Below are positions 17,500 to 26,800 of a stretch of 30,130 nucleotides of DNA, one piece after another. The notes beneath the pieces are model-generated. The model had not been told where the DNA came from, did not search any database, and worked only from the letters and a program-made list of their open reading frames with translations. Source of the DNA: a virus (lineage: Duplodnaviria; Caudoviricetes); IMG/VR virus record IMGVR_UViG_3300049437_000095, positions 1-30,130 of that record; one strand, 5' to 3'. A program made the translations under genes and the position numbers. Every line of letters starts with the position of its first letter. The stretch's first letter is position 1.

Positions 17500-17937
17500 C
17501 TATTTCACAAATCTGATGGTTGCAGTCATCTTCTGCGTGGGAGTTGTCGTATTTCCAGACGAGGCACAGACTGTCCGGAACCTGACATCAATGTATATCC
17601 CGGGGATCTTCTCCGTGGTTGCATCGCGAAGCACCCATTCGGAGTTGGTCGCAGAGGTTGTGGCATTCGTGATCGTAAGGCTATCCTTGACCGTCCAGGT
17701 GCTTGTTCCTTTCACCCGGGTTTCGACATACGTCTTGCCGCTGAAACTATCGGGTGCGGAGATCTGCAGTGCGATGGACCGGTAGGCACCAATCTTGTCG
17801 GGCGCGGTATAGTTGTAGGTCGAGTCATTGGCGTAGTTTGCGTCCTTCAACGTGGACGCTCCCTGTGCGCATGCCATCGATGCGATGAATACGACGAACA
17901 ACGTCAGGAGGATGAATTTCTGAAAGAGCGTTTTCAT
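17500..17937 (-). CDS. signal-peptide protein (145 aa), possible capsid decoration protein
   Basis: MKTLFQKFILLTLFVVFIASMACA|Q; GAAGGA RBS; Thr-rich beta protein directly after the capsid gene. Confidence 0.7.
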   Translation of the reverse strand: MKTLFQKFILLTLFVVFIASMACAQGASTLKDANYANDSTYNYTAPDKIGAYRSIALQISAPDSFSGKTYVETRVKGTSTWTVKDSLTITNATTSATNSEWVLRDATTEKIPGIYIDVRFRTVCASSGNTTTPTQKMTATIRFVK

Positions 17938-17970
17938 GATATTGTGTTCCTTCTCTTGTCGTTTCAAATC

Positions 17971-17994
17971 GGGCCGGGAGGTTAAGCCCGGCCC
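17971..17994 (-). terminator. GC hairpin downstream of the major capsid gene
   Basis: GGGCCGGG-8 nt-CCCGGCCC perfect 8-bp stem; weak U tract, so a partial terminator or stabiliser. Confidence 0.5.
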
Positions 17995-18026
17995 TGTGAT
18001 AGTTCATTCATGGTCTGCGGTACAGA

Positions 18027-19262
18027 TCAGGCCGCTTTCGTCTTCAGGATCGCAATGTTTCCGGGGATCGAAACCACGATACCCCAGCGGGTGTCGATCA
18101 CCAGACCGAGCGACCGTTTCTCCGCGAGGTTGATATTGTTCACGGTACCTTCCGTGAGCACCTGGGAAGTGATCTCCTGGCGCATGCCGTAGTCAACCCA
18201 CTTCAGGTTGCCGAACGCAATCAACGGCGTTGCGGCCTGAGCCGCACCGGTTGCAGCCGTGATCTGTTCATCCAGGACCACGGGGAAGCCGAGCAACATG
18301 CGGGACTTCGCATCCCACGGGTTGACGATGATCGGACGACCCTGATCATCGACCATGGACCCGATCTTCCCGAAGGTCGTGCGATGCATGTACCACTTCG
18401 GCGTTCCACCCGGTCCCGCGAGCTGGCCGTCGCTCAGCGACGTAGCCACCGCGACGAGCTCCTTGTACAGGACATCGTCGAAGTTCGTCGAGGACATGGG
18501 CGTGATCTGGGGGGTGGTCGATCCGAAGATCCCGGTGAACGACTGACCGACAAAGAGCTCCTTGCTCTTGCGGGCATTGAGACCTTCCACGAACAACGCA
18601 ATCAGCTTATCGTAAAGGCCGACGTTGTTGTCCTGGAACACTTCTTTCGACATCACCTGAATGCCGGCGAAAGCCTTTGCGATCAACTGGGGCTTTCCGA
18701 ACTTCGAAGCTGCCTCGGTGATCTGTGCACCTTCATCCACCTGATAGATCAGGGGTTTCGTGGTGACACTGCGCAGGTCGAGCTCGTTGGCCGTCAGCTC
18801 GTGGTAGTCGCAGTCGTTGATGGCGCCATAGTTCTCCATCGCGACCTTGAGGTCAGTGGAAAACTCGGTCGGAACGAGATTCCCGCCGTCCGCGGCCGAT
18901 CCTTCGGACAGAGCCTTCACCGTGACTTCATCACCCAGCTGCTGGGCGCGGAAGAAGCGGATGGTCTTTATTTCCTTCGGGGCTTTCTCGACGGCAAGGG
19001 TGCCTCCACGGACATCGAGTACTGCGGCCTTCAAACGAGCGTGTTTCTCTCCCGCACTCTCGTTTGCCTTCGGACGGTACTTGTCCGCCGGGTCATCGCC
19101 GTCGCCGGGGATCTTGGCCGGAATCGGAGGATCCTGAACGGTATCCAGTTTCAGGTCCTTCTTCAGCTGGTCAACGGCCTTCTGCGCCTGTTCCTCGAGG
19201 GCAGCAGTGAACTGCTCTTCGGTCAGGACGAGATTGCCGTTTGCATCTTTCGTGAACTTCAT
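18027..19262 (-). CDS. major capsid protein, HK97 family
   Basis: ADGGNLVPTEF, VDEGAQI, WYMH, DDQGRPI, LLGFPVV, IAFGNL motifs; N-terminal delta-like domain; GAAAGGA RBS. Confidence 0.95.
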   Translation of the reverse strand: MKFTKDANGNLVLTEEQFTAALEEQAQKAVDQLKKDLKLDTVQDPPIPAKIPGDGDDPADKYRPKANESAGEKHARLKAAVLDVRGGTLAVEKAPKEIKTIRFFRAQQLGDEVTVKALSEGSAADGGNLVPTEFSTDLKVAMENYGAINDCDYHELTANELDLRSVTTKPLIYQVDEGAQITEAASKFGKPQLIAKAFAGIQVMSKEVFQDNNVGLYDKLIALFVEGLNARKSKELFVGQSFTGIFGSTTPQITPMSSTNFDDVLYKELVAVATSLSDGQLAGPGGTPKWYMHRTTFGKIGSMVDDQGRPIIVNPWDAKSRMLLGFPVVLDEQITAATGAAQAATPLIAFGNLKWVDYGMRQEITSQVLTEGTVNNINLAEKRSLGLVIDTRWGIVVSIPGNIAILKTKAA

Positions 19263-19297
19263 GACTCAGTTCCTTTCAAGTCGGCAGTGTTGATAGA

Positions 19298-20368
19298 TCA
19301 GTTGATTTTGCCTTTCAGCCGGCTAACAGCTCCAGTTGCCACTTTGGCCATGAGATCGGAGGCGTCAAATTCTACCTTCTTCTCCTCGGCCGGGCTTCCT
19401 GCTGTCTCCACCGCCGTTGTTGTTTCAGTTCCTTGTGTCTGTTCCGGTGCCGCTGGTTCGGGATCGGCGGGAGGAGGATCCGGTGCACCTTCTTCCCCCG
19501 CAGCGGGAGGATCGGCCGGAGGATCCTCTATCGAGAGATCCTTCACCAACGCTTGCAACAATGTCTTGATTTCCGCGAGCTCGCATGCCATCGGTGAGGC
19601 GCACGACGTGACGGCATCCTTGACACGCTTCTCGAGTTCGCCGTCAGGCAGACTGATTGAATCGCGCCCAACGAGTTCACCGAAAAGGAATTTTCCCCTG
19701 TCGGTTGCGATCGTCCCGTCATCCATCGCTTTTCTGAACATCGCACGCTTTGTGGCGTCCATGTTCATCGGTACTCCGACCTGGGAGTACTCGTGGCACC
19801 CCCACTCTGCGTGATACATGACTCGGTCGTCTTTGTCAAAGTCCTTGATGTTGACGATGTCGAATTTCCCATTGATCAGCTTGAGCAGGCTGTCGATCGT
19901 GATCCACTCCCATGTCGCCAGATCCCATCCAATTGAATATGAGTTCAGATAGTCCTTCGCCGCAAGGCGGAAGATATCGCCGGCAAATGCGTACTCCTCG
20001 ACGGCGTATTGTGTTTTCACCAGTACCCCCTCACGCTTCTTCTTCAGCCAGAGATTCTTGCCGATCGGGAGATCCGTCGGACCATAGGCTCTGTGATTGT
20101 AGAATACCCCCCTGTTCTTCTGCAGAGGTTCATCGTCCACTCCGAACGGATTCATCACGTCCCGGATGTAATCGATGCGGGGAGTCGAGATCAGGTGGAC
20201 GATCGACTTCTCAGTCTCATCGACGGTCTTTGTCTCAACAGTGAAGTCCGAGGCGAGGGTGATCGAATCCTCCGTGCTCTTGACAATCCTCACCCGCGCG
20301 AGGTTCGGAAACTGTGAGTAATACTTTCGGGCTGCCTCGATTGCCTTTTTCCGCTCTTCCGGTGTCAT
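19298..20368 (-). CDS. prohead protease, HK97 family, with acidic Pro-rich C-terminal extension
   Basis: FYNH...LPIGK (His), YSIGW (Ser), EYSQVGVPMN. Confidence 0.88.
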   Translation of the reverse strand: MTPEERKKAIEAARKYYSQFPNLARVRIVKSTEDSITLASDFTVETKTVDETEKSIVHLISTPRIDYIRDVMNPFGVDDEPLQKNRGVFYNHRAYGPTDLPIGKNLWLKKKREGVLVKTQYAVEEYAFAGDIFRLAAKDYLNSYSIGWDLATWEWITIDSLLKLINGKFDIVNIKDFDKDDRVMYHAEWGCHEYSQVGVPMNMDATKRAMFRKAMDDGTIATDRGKFLFGELVGRDSISLPDGELEKRVKDAVTSCASPMACELAEIKTLLQALVKDLSIEDPPADPPAAGEEGAPDPPPADPEPAAPEQTQGTETTTAVETAGSPAEEKKVEFDASDLMAKVATGAVSRLKGKIN

Positions 20369-20380
20369 CCTTGGATTCCT

Positions 20381-22459
20381 TTACTCTGTTGACTTGGGTT
20401 GATACACTACCGTGCACCTGCAATTGATCGTGTTTCCGGGTTTCCCCTGGGGGTCTCCGGGGATATCCAGCATATCGCCGTCGATAAGTTTGAATTTTGC
20501 TTTCAGGTCCACCTGCTGTCCGTCGACGGAAGCGTGCGTATCACGGACCACAGAGTCCCTTTGGCTCAACCAGGTCTTGCCGTCAAACTGCCCGGACTGA
20601 ACGGCCGCAATGGTGTTCCCGGTGTTCAGACTGTAGTTCGAATTCGTGCGAGCGATCCTGACGGCCCGGAAATCCGTCGTGTTATTGAAGAACTCCGATA
20701 CCCGGCCAGCTATGCCATCGATCGTCAGTTGCTCCCGGATGGCCTTGTCCACCACCGCCTTCAGCTCATCGTGAAGCGTCTGCGGGATGGTCTTCGTCTT
20801 TGACGTGAGCTTGCCAATCGCCTCAACGACCTCTGTGCTGTTCGGAGTGAAGACAATCCCATCAATCGAATACTGCCTCTTGAACCGTTCAAACGATTCC
20901 TTGACCATCGCCATGACTTCGGCCTTGATCATGGGATCGAGTTTCCTCAGCCAATCGTCAACATTAAACAGGAAGTCATTACTGTCGAGATCCTTCTGTA
21001 GGGACTTCTTTGAGTTGACCTTCTCGACGACTTCTTTCTGAATTCTCCTGAAGTAGGCCTTCAATTTCACTGACATCCTCCGTTCCCACTTCAATCTCAC
21101 ACGCTCGTGGGCTTTCCAGAAGTCCTTCTTCTCAGTCTCGCTCATCACCTTTGTTCTGCCGAAGGGCATCACTTTCGGTTCATCTGCCGGAGTGACATCA
21201 ACGGAGTCATCAACACCGACCTGCGACAGCGGAACCAGCCCGAACGTCATCAACGGCTCGTCACCACCCACCCACTCGTCCTTGCCATCGCGCCGGCGTA
21301 TCTCGTTGATCGACGTCGTCCCCATGCGCAAATCGGACTCGTCCATCTCAGACTGCAGGCGGATATCCTTCGGGATGACGGACACATGCTGGATGAACAT
21401 CCGCTCGTCGAACTCAGTCTTTGCCAGGTCGAGCGTGAGTTGGGCATCGATAATGGTGAGCTCCGGCTCGATCGTTTCTTTCATGAAGTTGTAGTCGAGC
21501 GTCTCGAGTGTCGCCCGGGCCTGGATGTTCTCCTCGAGCATGAGCTTCGAATCCGGCACTCCGAACACGGACTGGATCTTCTTGTAATTGATGCCGGCCG
21601 ATTCGAGATAGTCGAGCTCCTTCTGATTCACGATGTTCTCGTACTTCGCTCCACCCTCGAGATACCCCGTCTTTCCCGGCTTCCTCTGGAACTTCTCCAG
21701 CCACCGCTGCTCGAACTCTTTTCGGACTTCAGGGCTCAGCTCGTCCGGGAATGTTACGATCCCGGCTGGCGCCGCGTCGTTCTTGAAGAAATCCCGTTGA
21801 TGCTGAGCGATGAACTCAGCGATATCAACCTCGACCGCAGCTTTCATCAGAAGCGATCCGCCGTAGAAGTAGATGTCGTTGGGGTTCGGATGCTTCAGCT
21901 GAACGATATCGTTCTCAGGGATCTCCTGCCTGTTCCCCATCCCCCAGTCGATGATGTACGACTTGATGAGGCCTTCTCCTGCTTTCAGGCTCCCAGGGAC
22001 GATCCGGATTCGTTCGGACGGGAGCGGCCAGAGCTGACGCGGGATATTCAAGCGATCCCGGGCGATCCACCAATACGCATTTCCAGTGAGATCCTTGAAG
22101 GCCTGCGTCAGGTACCAGAGCTCAATCCGGGACATGTAGGGATTCGGATTCTCGAGGAGCTGCACCAGGGGATGATCCATCGGGGCTTCATCGATCACGT
22201 CGTACGATCGCCGGATCTTCACCCTGAAGACTCCGGTTTCAGCGGCCTTCGAGACTTCCTTTGCCCGCACGTGGATACACGCGAAGACCAAGCTCCTGAA
22301 GGCCTTCATCATCTCCCGGGCATCACCCTGTGCGTCAGTCAATCCCTGTCGCCCGATCCGGCCGGATCCCACACCGCCGACATGCGCGATGACCGCCTCC
22401 GGCGAGATCAGCTTTGCCAGTTCCTTCCGGAAGGTCCGTATGGTGTCGCGGAACATCAT
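20381..22459 (-). CDS. portal protein (HK97-like) fused to a MuF/SPP1 gp7-like minor head domain
   Basis: VFACI, HPL..LL..PNPYMS, LTGNAYW, LWPLP, FFKNDAAP, VFGVP, SINEIR; C-terminal RIART, KTWLSQRD..VR.TH..VDG, PGD...INCRC. Confidence 0.93.
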   Translation of the reverse strand: MMFRDTIRTFRKELAKLISPEAVIAHVGGVGSGRIGRQGLTDAQGDAREMMKAFRSLVFACIHVRAKEVSKAAETGVFRVKIRRSYDVIDEAPMDHPLVQLLENPNPYMSRIELWYLTQAFKDLTGNAYWWIARDRLNIPRQLWPLPSERIRIVPGSLKAGEGLIKSYIIDWGMGNRQEIPENDIVQLKHPNPNDIYFYGGSLLMKAAVEVDIAEFIAQHQRDFFKNDAAPAGIVTFPDELSPEVRKEFEQRWLEKFQRKPGKTGYLEGGAKYENIVNQKELDYLESAGINYKKIQSVFGVPDSKLMLEENIQARATLETLDYNFMKETIEPELTIIDAQLTLDLAKTEFDERMFIQHVSVIPKDIRLQSEMDESDLRMGTTSINEIRRRDGKDEWVGGDEPLMTFGLVPLSQVGVDDSVDVTPADEPKVMPFGRTKVMSETEKKDFWKAHERVRLKWERRMSVKLKAYFRRIQKEVVEKVNSKKSLQKDLDSNDFLFNVDDWLRKLDPMIKAEVMAMVKESFERFKRQYSIDGIVFTPNSTEVVEAIGKLTSKTKTIPQTLHDELKAVVDKAIREQLTIDGIAGRVSEFFNNTTDFRAVRIARTNSNYSLNTGNTIAAVQSGQFDGKTWLSQRDSVVRDTHASVDGQQVDLKAKFKLIDGDMLDIPGDPQGKPGNTINCRCTVVYQPKSTE

Positions 22460-22944
22460 GCCAGGCCAAGCCTCGTCCGTTCATCGTTGATCTGAGCAAC
22501 GAGCCTGTCCGGGACTGACTTCCCCTGCAGCTCGCGGAGTGTCCTCTGCACGTACAGATGCGCCAGACGCCGTTGCCCGGGTGGTGCGTCGTAGGATTCA
22601 GCACCCGAAGCAGGCAGATATGCGCCGCGTTTGAACTTCATCAGGATCTCCGTCGTCGATGCCCGGGGGAATTTCGCAGAGTCCAGATAGACATCTACCG
22701 TTGGGTAGTTCGGAGCATACGCGCACTCCACCGCGGCCGGGGACTCCAGGAGTGCGAGCAACTCCGCATCCGTCTTCTTCACCCCCGTTACTGGGGAAAA
22801 GTCGTCAGGATCCTTTCCCGTGTCAGCCGCCTGAACCAGGATAATCCTTTTGATCCTGCGGCTCGTCAGGTCGAAGCGGAGAATGTAACCGCTTGTCCCT
22901 GTGGCGATGACGGTTCCGGTAAGTGCCGATGCTCCGAATGCCAT
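22456..22944 (-). CDS. hypothetical phage protein (162 aa)
   Basis: GAAAGG RBS; overlaps the portal start. Confidence 0.7.
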   Translation of the reverse strand: MAFGASALTGTVIATGTSGYILRFDLTSRRIKRIILVQAADTGKDPDDFSPVTGVKKTDAELLALLESPAAVECAYAPNYPTVDVYLDSAKFPRASTTEILMKFKRGAYLPASGAESYDAPPGQRRLAHLYVQRTLRELQGKSVPDRLVAQINDERTRLGLA

Positions 22945-23016
22945 GAAACAAACCTTTCGTTTAATTCAGCGGGCTGTGAGTTCACCCGCCGTTGTTTTCT
23001 CGTACCGTTCAGCGCA

Positions 23017-23106
23017 TCACGACAGAATCCGAACGGCCCCGCGCTTTCTCATCCGGCCTATGTCTTTCCGCTCACTCGGCTTAGGATGTCCGAACCGGAC
23101 AGACAT
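23017..23106 (-). CDS. possible 29-aa basic peptide MSVRFGHPKPSERKDIGRMRKRGAVRILS
   Basis: AAGGAG 7 nt upstream of the ATG; the ATG lies inside a 7-bp stem. Confidence 0.3.
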   Translation of the reverse strand: MSVRFGHPKPSERKDIGRMRKRGAVRILS

Positions 23107-23150
23107 CCCGACACTCCTTTTCCGTTACTTGCGCGAGTCATCTGTGGAGA

Positions 23151-23534
23151 TTATTTCTTTGATGAATTGAAGCTATCAGCACCGAGTCCGATGTAGAACA
23201 CGGCGAGCCAGCTTCCGAGCGTCACCGGGTATAGGCCACCGTTGCCCACCTGCGAATAGATGGCCCAGATGGACGCGACACCCGCGATCGTCGTACCAAT
23301 GGTGAGACCGATATTCGTGAAGAACCAACTGCCGAAGCTGTTCTGCACCGAGTCCTCTTTCCATTTCTTCGCCCAATGGACAAGGACACCGAGGGCGTAG
23401 GGTACAAAGAGAATTATCGGGAACATTGCCGACGGAGCTTCGTCTCCCTGCGCGAGGGCCATGGTGACCATGAAAGCAGTGATGATGAGCAGCAGCAGAA
23501 GCCGAATGGGCGTTGACAGCGAAAGACGTTTCAT
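23151..23534 (-). CDS. holin-like membrane protein with N-terminal signal peptide
   Basis: AAGGAG RBS; MKRL...TMALA|Q followed by three hydrophobic segments (LGVLVHWAKK..., ...GLGADSFN). Confidence 0.65.
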   Translation of the reverse strand: MKRLSLSTPIRLLLLLIITAFMVTMALAQGDEAPSAMFPIILFVPYALGVLVHWAKKWKEDSVQNSFGSWFFTNIGLTIGTTIAGVASIWAIYSQVGNGGLYPVTLGSWLAVFYIGLGADSFNSSKK

Positions 23535-23555
23535 CGAAATCTCCTTTGTGATTGG

Positions 23556-23792
23556 TTAATGTATGCGTGTAACAATCTTTTCGACAATTGCCCAGATGAC
23601 GGCGACAGCTCCCCCGATTCCCACGAGGGCGTAGAGGCCCTTCTCCAGTCGACGCAGGCGCTTCTCGTGATCCAGTCCCCGATCGTCAGCCGCCTTCGTA
23701 TCTTCCTCCCGCATCCGAAACAGTGTCTTCATCTGTTCTTCGATCCGGGCGACAGATTCACCGATCTGTTGAAGTGTCATTCCGTGTTCCAT
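23556..23792 (-). CDS. XhlA/holin-like coiled-coil protein with one C-terminal TM
   Basis: VARIEE, DHEKRLRRLEK, followed by a hydrophobic segment; AAGGA RBS. Confidence 0.7.
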   Translation of the reverse strand: MEHGMTLQQIGESVARIEEQMKTLFRMREEDTKAADDRGLDHEKRLRRLEKGLYALVGIGGAVAVIWAIVEKIVTRIH

Positions 23793-23819
23793 GGGGGTTC
23801 CTTATTAACGGATTGATCG

Positions 23820-26800
23820 TCAGTGCTTTGGTTCGTATTTGATATCGTCCACCGAAATACCCACCGCTCCGATGTAGCTCGTGTTCACCGGCGTGATATT
23901 CCCGAGCGTGAACACTCCCATTCCGTGATTACAGACGGTTCCGAGCGTCGGGAGACTCCACGTTGCGGTGAGCTTCAATACGTCGTCGACGTAGAAGAGG
24001 AAGCTGCTCGCCGTTGTGACGATCTTCAGGTCGTATTCGCCCCCGAGCGTCGGGAGGGAAACCCCTACCCGGCTCACCGTGGTTGAGTCACACCATTCCG
24101 CGAACAGGCTGTCCGTGTTGACGAACATCGAGTCACGACCACCCCAGGCGAATCCCACTCTTGGCACGTATGCCGGCAGTGTGTCCACGGCGTTCGATAT
24201 CGGCCCCCTGAACTTGCCTACAAAGAATTTGTTTGAATCCCTCGATGTCGGCATGATGAAATTCACAAATTCGAGCGTGTCCGGTTCCCTCATCAAGAAG
24301 CCGGCGCGTAGCGCTCCTGATGCACCTGTCGACATCCACCCTCCGGATATGAGCCCTGGTCCGACTTGTGGCGCGATCGCTATTCGTCCGCGGCGTCCGG
24401 CATCCCTGGGGTAGACCGGGGGCGGATTTCCGAAATAGATCGCCGGGTTCGCTCCGCCCATTCTGTTTCCTGTAATTCCGAAGGGATCATCTATCCCGGT
24501 GAACTGTGTGGCGTCGTTTGTGTTGCTGTTGATGCCCTTGATGAATCGAGCAATGTATCCCTGCCGTTCGTACACGGTGACGGATCCTCCTGCCGGCGCC
24601 TTCATCCCGGTCGTGTCGACGAAGGTCACGGTTCCATCTCCGTTGTTCACCGCAAATGTCCCCGCCGTCCCCGTTGCGTACATGGCGTCAAACGGAAGAA
24701 CGGACTTGTTCAGCTCTCCGGCGATGTTCTCGCTGGTGACGCTGTTCGGTCCTAGGCTGATGATGCCGTCTGAAATGTCGAAGGCTCCTCCTCCGCGCAC
24801 GCTCCCAAACGTGGTATTGGTTGCTCTCCGGACCGATCCCGTGAATGTCCCGCCGCTCAAAGTCCACGAAAAGGCCTCACCGTCTGCGAGGTACGCTTGG
24901 GATGAAGAAAGCGTCCCGTCTGATGCCAGGCCCAGCGTGAAAATGGACGATACCACCTGCCCGGCGTCTGTGATGAATCCCCCTGAGAACTGTCTCCACT
25001 TCCCAGCGGCCGGCGTTCCTGTTTGTGCCGATGTCCGGATATTCCAATCGACATAATCCGCTGCCGTCATCGTTCCTACCACCCCGTTCCTCTTCACAAG
25101 GAAGGCGAGAGGCTGAGACTGTCCTCCTGTTGTGTCGGCCGGCACGTATACCCTGATGGCGTTCGATATCGTTGCTACTCCGCCGTCCCCGTTTGTCATC
25201 GTGACGTTCCGGTATCCCGTCGCGGCCGCTCCGTCAACAACGATGGATGCTGCCCACCTTGTGCTGTCCGCCGTGAATACTCCGGCGACAAATGAGATTC
25301 CAGACGGCGAAAATGCCAGGCTCACCAGGGATCCGCTCTTGAAGTGATTACCCTGGACCTGTACCGAGACGGTCTGTCCCCTCCGGACGCTGTCCGGTAC
25401 AAAGATCGTGATTGCAGGAGCGTCGGTGATGGCCAGCCCACCGACCAGCGTGTCCCTCTGTCCGTCCGCGTTCGTCACGTATACGGTCCGATTGCCTGTC
25501 GCTGCAGCGCCGCTCACCGTCAGGCTCGTTGTCAGCTGTGTCGTGCTGTTGAAGGTCGTAGCGTTCACGGTGATCCCGGTCCCCGAGAACGTAATGGCTG
25601 CCCCGGCCTGGAATCCTGAACCCGCCCATACCACTGAAAAATTGCCGGCCCCCTGTCCGACCTTGTTTGGACTGCCGCTTGAAAGTTCCGGCTTTGCAAT
25701 CGATGCCGTCACCGTAAACGACACGGTATTTGACGAGATGCCCGCGTTCTGAACGTTGACCGTCTTTGTTCCGGCCGTCGCTATGTCTGATGCCAGAATC
25801 GCCGCTCGAAGGTTCCCCGAATTGATGAACGTCGTCACCTTGTATGTGCCGTTGAAAATGACGCTGTCTCCCGCGTGGAAGTTCAGCCCATACACGTCGA
25901 GATTGAATCCGGCGCCTCCCGCCGTGGCGGTCGATGGCGTCGTGCTGTTGATCTGTCTCTGTGTCGTGTCCGTGAAGGAAATCAAGGCATTCTTCACGTA
26001 CTCATACATCCTGTGTGGTCTCGTGTACGTGGAAGGCAGGCTTCCCTCTCCCATGTCCCAGGCTCCGAAGTTCACCGATTCTGCAAGGGCCACTTGCACA
26101 AATCTCCGGATCGATATGCTGTCGGCAAAGACGAGGACGCTGTCCGGTACGTTGTACGGTGTCGTGTCCGTCTGGATGATCTCCGGATGATACATCTCGA
26201 TGTATGCTGCGTATCCCGCCAGGCTGTCATGCTTGACTGTCCCCAGCTGTTCCGCCCTCTGGATGTAGCGCGGATACATCTGGTAGAAATTCTCATCTCC
26301 CTGGACCGAAGGCGCCGTACTCCACCGCTGTCGAATGCTCCATACTCCGTTTGTCGGATCCGCGGCGTTCCCACTCGAGCTTCTATACAGCGCTCCGTTG
26401 AAATCGTAGAAGGCGTTAAGTTTGTACGTCGGCCAGCCCAGCGTCTTTGCCTTCTTGATGAATTTGTGGACCGATGGCAGGAGGTCATTGATCACCGGCC
26501 GCAGGTTGTACGACGGAATGTTCCCGGCGCTGTCGTATGTGGTCGGACACGACGTGTGCCACACGAGGTTCTGCCATGTTCCGGCCTGGTCGTAACTTCC
26601 CAGGTTGTAGTAATCGATGCAGGTGTCCATCCCTCCGCCCTGGAAGGCGTTGAAAAGTCCGTCTGAATAAATGAAGGCCGTAATCAAACAGCGCTTTGTC
26701 GGATCGTTGTATCTCGTAAACGTGTTCATCGTGTCCTTGAGGATCCGGACGAATCTCTGCATGTTCGCTACGTTCAGTCCGCTCTCGAGGTCGATGTCGA

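Noticed and set aside
18384-19814. 476-aa plus-strand ORF
   Set aside because: Antisense shadow of the capsid and protease genes, expected from GC-rich codon bias; no motif or RBS.
21107-22495. 462-aa plus-strand ORF
   Set aside because: Antisense to the portal gene with shadow-like composition.
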